A DNA stretch of 64,000 nucleotides from Candidatus Kapaibacterium sp. (lineage in GTDB: Bacteria > Bacteroidota > Ignavibacteria > Kapaibacteriales > NICIL-2), in NCBI GenBank assembly GCA_040398805.1, contig JBBATK010000003.1, forward strand, positions 124,062 through 188,061, read 5' to 3'. The position numbers and the translations under genes were made by a program. The notes under the pieces are model-generated. The model did no database searches. It was not told where the DNA came from and saw only the letters and a program-made list of their open reading frames with translations. Shown here piece after piece: positions 58,415 to 64,000 of this stretch; within the stretch, counting starts at the first letter, position 1, and each line of letters starts with the position of its first letter.

Positions 58415-61400
58415 ATGACACTGACTGAGCTGGCAATCAAGCGACCGTCCATCATCGTGGTCCTGTTCTCCATTCTGGGGATTCTCGGACTATACGGATA
58501 CACGAAACTGAACTACAATCTCCTTCCGAAGTTCAGTCCGCCGTTCGTCACCATCACCACCGTCTATCCCGGTGGCGCCCCGCAGGAGATCGAATCCACG
58601 GTCTCGAAAGTGATCGAGGACGCCGTCTCCGGTCTGGACAAGGTGAATGCGATCATCTCCAACTCCAACGAAGGGTATTCCCAAGTCCAGATCGAGTTCA
58701 GTAACACGGCCAAGACGGAGAACGCGATTCAGGACGTGATCCGCGCCGTCAACCAAGTGCGCGGTCAACTGCCCAGCGGCGTCAAGGAACCCGTCGTCAC
58801 GAAGTTCTCGCCCGACGAGATTCCCATCATCCGCATGGGCGCTACCTCCACCATGCCGGCACGGGAATTCTACCAGTTCGTGGACGACTATGTCAAGCCC
58901 GAGATCACGAAGATCCCCGGTGTGGGTAACGTATTCGTGAGCGGCGGACGTAAGCGCGAGATACGGGTGGAGCTCGATGCACAGAAGATCCAGTCGTACG
59001 GTCTGTCCCTCAACACCATCCAACAGGCCATCGTCGCTTCGAACCTGGACTTCCCGACGGGAAGCATCAAGGAGTCCGCCAACCAGTTCGTCGTGCGGGT
59101 AGCAGGCAAATACACCTCGGTGGCGCAGCTCCAGGATCTCGTCGTCGGTCGTTCCCGTCTCGGCGGCACCATCCGCTTGGCGGATATCGGCGCGGTGAAG
59201 GATTCGACGGCGGATATCACCACGTACAGCCGATACAACGGCATCGAGAACATCAACATGAGCATCCAGAAACAGACGGATGCGAACGCCGTGGAAGTCA
59301 GCAGACTCGTCCACAAGCGTGTTGCGGAGCTCATGGAGAAGTACAAGGACATCAAGCTGAATCTCGATATCGCCGTGGATTCCTCCACCTTCACCCTGGA
59401 AGCGGCGAACGCCGTTCAGGTGGACCTCGTTCTCGCCATCTTCATCGTGGCCCTCGTGATGCTGCTGTTCCTGCATAGTCTCCGGAACTCCCTCATCGTC
59501 ATGATCGCCATTCCTGCGTCGCTCATCTCCACCCTGGTGGGGATCTGGGCGTTCGGCTTCTCGCTGAATCTCATGACGCTTCTCGGTCTCTCGCTCGTCA
59601 TCGGCATTCTCGTGGACGATTCCATCGTGGTCCTCGAGAACATCTATCACCATATGGAGCGGGGCGAGGACCGGATGGTCGCCTCCGTCCGGGGTCGTAA
59701 CGAAATCGGCTTCGCCGCCTTGTCGATCACCCTCGTGGACGTGGCGGTGTTCCTACCGTTGTCCCTGGTCAGCGGTATCGTGGGCAACATCATGCGCGAG
59801 TTCGCTCTGGTCGTCGTCATCTCCACCTTGTTCTCGCTCCTCGTCTCGTTCACCATCACCCCCATCCTTGCTTCGCGATATGCCCGCCTGGAGACGCTCA
59901 CACGCGGCACGCTCATGGGTCGCATCGGACTGGCATTCAACGCGTGGTTCGGTCGCGTGGAGAAATCCTACGCCGTCCTCATCGGCAAAGCATTGCGTAA
60001 TGGTTGGACCATGGCACTGGTCGTCGTGCTCTCTTTCGGGTCCTGCGGCATCGTTCCCGTGCTTTTCCAGAACAAGCTCATCAGCCAGGAGTTCATCACC
60101 CAATCGGATCGTGGTGAGTTCGCCGTGACCGTGGAGTTTCCGCCGAGTATGAACGTGGACTCCACGAACGCCCGTGCCATGCGTATCGAACAGCATATCT
60201 CGTCCTTGAAGGAATGCGATCGCGTCATCGCCAGCGTGGGAACGTTCTCGAACGCCTTCCTCGGAGCTCAAACGGCGAACAACGTCTGTGAATTCAACGT
60301 CACTCTCCAACCCGCTTCCAAGCGTACGCGCACGACGGAAGAGGTAGGAAACGACATCAAACGGTATGTCATGGAATATCCCGGTGCCAAGGTGCGCGTG
60401 AATCCCATCGGCATCTTCGGGAGCGCCAATGAAAGTCCCGTGCAAGTCATCGTCTCCGGCGCCGATCGCGAGCTCGTCGGCCGGACCGCGCATCAGGTGC
60501 TCGATACCTTGAAGGCCATGGAAGGGACCACCGATGTGCGCCTTTCCAGCGAAGAAGGCAAGCTCGAGACACGCATCGACGTGGATCGTCAGAAACTGGC
60601 GGCGCTGGGCCTGAGCATAGGCGAGGTAGGAGCGGCGATGAACGTGGCCCTGCAAGGCAACGACGATGCGAAGTTCCGCGTCGGCACCACCGAGTACCCC
60701 ATCCGCGTCCGCTTGCGGAACGAGGACCGTACCAATGTCGACAACATCGCACGGCTCACGATCACCAATCGACTCGGACAACCCGTAGAACTGCAGCAGT
60801 TCGCCAAGCTCGCCTTGGGGACAAGCTCGACGAAGCTCGAACGGCGTGACCGCATCGCCTGCGTACGCGTGTTCGCCCAACCCTTCGGCAAGGGTGCCGG
60901 CGACATCGCCAATGAGTTGGACAAGCGACTGCAAGGCAACCTGCCCGCGGGAGTCAGTTACACCTATCTCGGCGATGTGAAGAACCAGCGTGATGGCTTC
61001 GGCGACCTTGGTATCGCGATGCTCGGCGGACTCATCTTCGTGTATCTCATCATGGTGGCCCTCTACGACTCGTATTCGTATCCGCTCGTGAATCTCTTCT
61101 CCGTCTTCGTCGCGCCGCTCGGAGCATTCATGGCTCTGGCGTTGACCATGCGCAGCATGTCCATCTTCACCATGCTCGGATTCATCATGCTCATCGGTCT
61201 GGTGATGAAGAACTCGATCCTTCTCGTGGACCGGGCCAATCACAACCGCCGAGAGCGCGGAATGTCGTTGAAGGAAGCGTTGATGGAAGCCGGCGAGGTG
61301 AGATTGCGTCCTATCGTCATGACCACGGTCGCCATGATCTTCGGCATGTTCCCCATCGCATTCAGTCACAGCGCAGGTAGCGAATGGAAATCGGGTCTGG

Positions 61401-61555
61401 CCTTCGCCCTCATCGGCGGTCTGACCAGCTCCATGTTCTTCACCCTTGTCCTGGTGCCGGTGGTGTATTACCTCATGACCCGCGGTTCGAAGAAAATCAC
61501 GCACATGGCGGATGTCGAGCAGGCACCACTGTTCTCACCTGCAGAGCAGGCCTGA
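58415..61555 (+). CDS. RND efflux transporter (AcrB/AcrD/AcrF family)
   Basis: AIKRP, YPGGAP.EIE, GILVDDSIVVLEN, GLVMKNSILLVD, RLRPIVMTT; 1046 aa. Confidence 0.96.
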   Translation: MTLTELAIKRPSIIVVLFSILGILGLYGYTKLNYNLLPKFSPPFVTITTVYPGGAPQEIESTVSKVIEDAVSGLDKVNAIISNSNEGYSQVQIEFSNTAKTENAIQDVIRAVNQVRGQLPSGVKEPVVTKFSPDEIPIIRMGATSTMPAREFYQFVDDYVKPEITKIPGVGNVFVSGGRKREIRVELDAQKIQSYGLSLNTIQQAIVASNLDFPTGSIKESANQFVVRVAGKYTSVAQLQDLVVGRSRLGGTIRLADIGAVKDSTADITTYSRYNGIENINMSIQKQTDANAVEVSRLVHKRVAELMEKYKDIKLNLDIAVDSSTFTLEAANAVQVDLVLAIFIVALVMLLFLHSLRNSLIVMIAIPASLISTLVGIWAFGFSLNLMTLLGLSLVIGILVDDSIVVLENIYHHMERGEDRMVASVRGRNEIGFAALSITLVDVAVFLPLSLVSGIVGNIMREFALVVVISTLFSLLVSFTITPILASRYARLETLTRGTLMGRIGLAFNAWFGRVEKSYAVLIGKALRNGWTMALVVVLSFGSCGIVPVLFQNKLISQEFITQSDRGEFAVTVEFPPSMNVDSTNARAMRIEQHISSLKECDRVIASVGTFSNAFLGAQTANNVCEFNVTLQPASKRTRTTEEVGNDIKRYVMEYPGAKVRVNPIGIFGSANESPVQVIVSGADRELVGRTAHQVLDTLKAMEGTTDVRLSSEEGKLETRIDVDRQKLAALGLSIGEVGAAMNVALQGNDDAKFRVGTTEYPIRVRLRNEDRTNVDNIARLTITNRLGQPVELQQFAKLALGTSSTKLERRDRIACVRVFAQPFGKGAGDIANELDKRLQGNLPAGVSYTYLGDVKNQRDGFGDLGIAMLGGLIFVYLIMVALYDSYSYPLVNLFSVFVAPLGAFMALALTMRSMSIFTMLGFIMLIGLVMKNSILLVDRANHNRRERGMSLKEALMEAGEVRLRPIVMTTVAMIFGMFPIAFSHSAGSEWKSGLAFALIGGLTSSMFFTLVLVPVVYYLMTRGSKKITHMADVEQAPLFSPAEQA

Positions 61556-61623
61556 CAGGGCTGGCGGGATTGCGTACAGGGGGTGACGATCACCGCCCGC
61601 TTAGGCGCAATCATGACTCTGTG

Positions 61624-62328
61624 TTAAACGCCTCTGGTTTCGGGGTCCCAGATGAACTTGTGCAGCTGAAGCTGCAAGCGGGCGGGGAGTCCGTCCTGCA
61701 GCATCCACTCGCTCAGAGTCCGTGCATCCTGATGACCGAACACGGGCGAAAGAAGGACCGCCGAGGAATTCTCCGCCAAGTCGTACCCGAGTATGCGCTC
61801 CTTCGCGTATTCGTAGTCCTCACGGGATGAGATGACGAATTTCCACTCGTCCAACGGACGCAGCGTCTGGAAGTTCCCTTCGTACTGCAGGGTATCCATT
61901 TTCGATCCCGGACACTTCACGTCGATGATGCGGACGACGCGTTCGTCCACGTACTGCGCATCCACATGTCCACCCGTTTCGATGGCCACGGTGTACCGCA
62001 GGTCGCACAAGTGCGACATGAGCGGATAGATCCCCTCCTGCTCCAACGGCTCGCCGCCGCTGAACTCCACGAAGGTGCACGGATACGACTGCACTTTCTC
62101 CACGATATCGCGAAGCGTCATCCACTCGCCGCCACCGCGATGATCGAGTGCGTACTTCGTGTCGCACCATGTGCAGCGCAAGGTGCACCCTTGCAGGCGC
62201 ACGAAGATGCAGGGCACGCCCGCGCGGGTTCCTTCGCCTTGCACCGAAAAGAAAATCTCGTTGATATACAGCTTCTCGTTCTCGTCGTACACGCGTGAAC
62301 GCACATCGGCAGTGGGTTGGATGATCAT
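61624..62328 (-). CDS. queE: 7-carboxy-7-deazaguanine synthase (radical SAM)
   Basis: EIFFSVQGEG, CTLRCTWCDT (CxxxCxxC), SGGEP, ETGG, QLHKFIW; start ATG 62328. Confidence 0.92.
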   Translation of the reverse strand: MIIQPTADVRSRVYDENEKLYINEIFFSVQGEGTRAGVPCIFVRLQGCTLRCTWCDTKYALDHRGGGEWMTLRDIVEKVQSYPCTFVEFSGGEPLEQEGIYPLMSHLCDLRYTVAIETGGHVDAQYVDERVVRIIDVKCPGSKMDTLQYEGNFQTLRPLDEWKFVISSREDYEYAKERILGYDLAENSSAVLLSPVFGHQDARTLSEWMLQDGLPARLQLQLHKFIWDPETRGV

Positions 62329-62369
62329 GGTCGGTCCACGAAAGGTGAAAACGTACGGATTCCGTTGGT

Positions 62370-62407
62370 AAAAAGAACCCTCTTGACCTGGTGGACGAAG
62401 AGGGTTC
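62370..62407 (-). terminator. Rho-independent terminator after the SOD gene
   Basis: GAACCCTCTT-13nt-AAGAGGGTTC followed by TTTTT. Confidence 0.8.
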
Positions 62408-62450
62408 GGATTGATGCATCGCTGCGTCAGCGTGATCGGTGCCGCCGCGA

Positions 62451-63074
62451 TCAGCGAGCGAACTTCAGATAGCGCTCGTTGATGCGACCCCAATGCAGGT
62501 TTGCAAGGAAGGCATCGATATACTTGGCGCGTGCCGGTCCGTCCTTGTGATAGTACGCATGCTCGAACACATCGCAGGCGATGAGGGGAATGCCGCCCCA
62601 CATGGCACCGTAGTGATGCTCGTCCACGAGCAGGTTCAATAAACGTCCGCTATACAGCTGATCCAGCGCCAGGACGCCCCAGCCGCTAAGCTTCGCCGCC
62701 GTTGCGCTTGCCTTGAAATCGGCTTTCCATGCGTCGATGGAGCCGTACTCGCGTTCGATGGCTGCCACCACGTCCGGACCCTTGCTCGTGTCGCCGTCGC
62801 CACCGAGCACATACCAGAACACGTCGTGCAAGACCACGCCGGCATGGTTCCAGGTAAGGCGGCGCTTGAGCTCGCCGAAGTCGGACCAGTTACCGTTCGC
62901 CGCGCCTTTATCCGCTGTGGGAAGTTCGGCCTCGATCTTGTTGAGGAATGTGACATACCCCTTGTGATGGGTGTTGTAATGCCAGTCCGTCGTTTCCGGC
63001 GACATCACCGGCGCAAGCAATTGCTTGGCTTCTTCGTCGCTGTAAGGACGGGCGTTGAATGACCATTCTGCCAT
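62451..63074 (-). CDS. Fe/Mn superoxide dismutase family protein (atypical, ChrC-like)
   Basis: HYNTHHKGY, NHAGVVLH, SGW, DVFEHAYY. Confidence 0.9.
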   Translation of the reverse strand: MAEWSFNARPYSDEEAKQLLAPVMSPETTDWHYNTHHKGYVTFLNKIEAELPTADKGAANGNWSDFGELKRRLTWNHAGVVLHDVFWYVLGGDGDTSKGPDVVAAIEREYGSIDAWKADFKASATAAKLSGWGVLALDQLYSGRLLNLLVDEHHYGAMWGGIPLIACDVFEHAYYHKDGPARAKYIDAFLANLHWGRINERYLKFAR

Positions 63075-63146
63075 GTTTGTACTCCTAGATAAAAATGAAC
63101 CTGATCGCGTTGTTCCGTTGATTGTCGTCTCGTGACGTCCGCCGGT

Positions 63147-63563
63147 TTACACACCGAACGAGGAGCCGCATCCGCAGGTCTTCGTGGCGTTGGGGTTGTT
63201 GAAGGTGAATCCCTTGCCGGACAAGCCGTCGCTGTAATCCAGGGTGATGCCCATGAGATAGAAGATGCTCTTCTGATCGATGAACACCTGCACGCCGTCA
63301 GCATTCAGGACCAGGTCCTTCTCCTTCGGAGCGGCATCGAAGCCCAAGGTGTACGACATACCGCTGCAACCGCCGCCCTTCACGCCTACGCGCAGACCGT
63401 ATTCCGCAGGAATGTTGTTCTGCTCCTTGATCTTCTTCACCTCGGCGATGGCCTTGTTCGAGATGTTGATGTTATCCGATTCCTCGGCACCCGTGATGCC
63501 GGTGGGGACGCTGGTCATTCCCAAATCTTCGGGAGCTATGGTCGGATTCAGATCGATATTCAT
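63147..63563 (-). CDS. A-type Fe-S carrier (IscA/HesB family)
   Basis: LRVGVKGGGCSGMSY, NPNATKTCGCGSSF; start ATG 63563. Confidence 0.95.
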   Translation of the reverse strand: MNIDLNPTIAPEDLGMTSVPTGITGAEESDNINISNKAIAEVKKIKEQNNIPAEYGLRVGVKGGGCSGMSYTLGFDAAPKEKDLVLNADGVQVFIDQKSIFYLMGITLDYSDGLSGKGFTFNNPNATKTCGCGSSFGV

Positions 63564-63640
63564 TTCGTACCTCGTGTAACGTTGATGATGGTAATGTTTC
63601 GTGTTGATGCTTTCGTGTTCCGAGCGTGGCCCGGGCCCGG

Positions 63641-64000
63641 CTATTCCTGGATCTCCATAGTGACATCGACGTATGATGTCTGCGGACTGTGTAAATCGGC
63701 GATGGCCATCGATGCCATGGCCCGGTCGATCACCGCCTGCAGTTTCATGAGCGGATGCTTGATGGTACATGCGCTTTCGATGGTACACGCCTGCTCGGGA
63801 TGCGAGCCGCATTCCACCAGGTGTTGCTGCGCACCCTGGACGGCGTTGAGCACATCGCGGATGGACACCTCCGCCGACGAACGCGCCATGGCGAAACCGC
63901 CGTTCACTCCTTGCGATGACTTCACGATGCCCGCCTTCGCCAGTGAGCTCATGACTTTGGCGAGCAATTCGAACGAGATTCCGAAATGCTCCGCCATCTC
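63641..64000 (-). CDS. Rrf2-family transcriptional regulator (IscR/SufR-like), 5' end outside the window
   Basis: LLAKVMSSL, SSQGVNGGF, three Cys in ECGSHPEQACTIESAC. Confidence 0.9.
   Translation of the reverse strand, partial: EMAEHFGISFELLAKVMSSLAKAGIVKSSQGVNGGFAMARSSAEVSIRDVLNAVQGAQQHLVECGSHPEQACTIESACTIKHPLMKLQAVIDRAMASMAIADLHSPQTSYVDVTMEIQE

Noticed and set aside
59753-61504. 583-aa minus-strand ORF (similar long shadows at 7195-8517, 29329-30399, 39774-41000, 58490-59653)
   Set aside because: All lie antisense to well-supported genes, as expected from GC-rich codon usage.
61568-61612. GATTGCG/CGCAATC stem between the convergent RND and queE genes
   Set aside because: No U tract on either strand; too weak to call a terminator.
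62329-62450. Possible preQ1 riboswitch upstream of queE
   Set aside because: The AGAGGGTTC is one arm of the SOD terminator; the A-rich 3' tail and pseudoknot of preQ1-I are missing.
1-64000. CRISPR arrays, tRNA/rRNA genes, transposases, integrases, defence systems
   Set aside because: No regularly spaced repeats or diagnostic motifs found by eye; nearly all sequence is explained by coding genes.

Overview
Gene-dense bacterial core-genome window with no CRISPR array, tRNA/rRNA, prophage or transposase that I can support. The host is probably in the FCB group (Ignavibacteria/Kapabacteria-like; inference from SusC/SusD, TAnnTTTG promoter boxes, a T9SS-like C-terminal domain and HPr kinase). 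Contents in order: TolC plus MacA-like adaptor (truncated at the left edge); hprK, a TPR lipoprotein and an orphan histidine kinase; a minus-strand block of engB, purE, Wzz-like, O-antigen-ligase-like, ArnT/PMT-like, HicB-like and TPR genes; the str-S10-spc-alpha ribosomal superoperon (no rpsD, no adk); a second EF-G just upstream; folP, a DUF1207-like gene and ychF; SusC/SusD; CCA enzyme; OppB/OppC; an unknown outer-membrane barrel; a large secreted S8 protease coupled to a DUF2279-like gene; a TolC-MFP-RND efflux operon; and Rrf2-IscA-SOD-QueE. Three observations stand out. (1) The two EF-G genes carry mtEFG1/spdEFG1-like and mtEFG2/spdEFG2-like signatures, suggesting a mitochondria/Borrelia-style split of translocation and recycling. 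(2) The structured rpsN-rpsH spacer has its own promoter box and a sequence mimic of the 16S helix-21 S8-binding site, a candidate S8 autoregulatory leader. (3) A roughly 250-nt highly structured leader with two operator-like palindromes precedes the RND operon. All family assignments come from motif recognition by eye; no searches were run.
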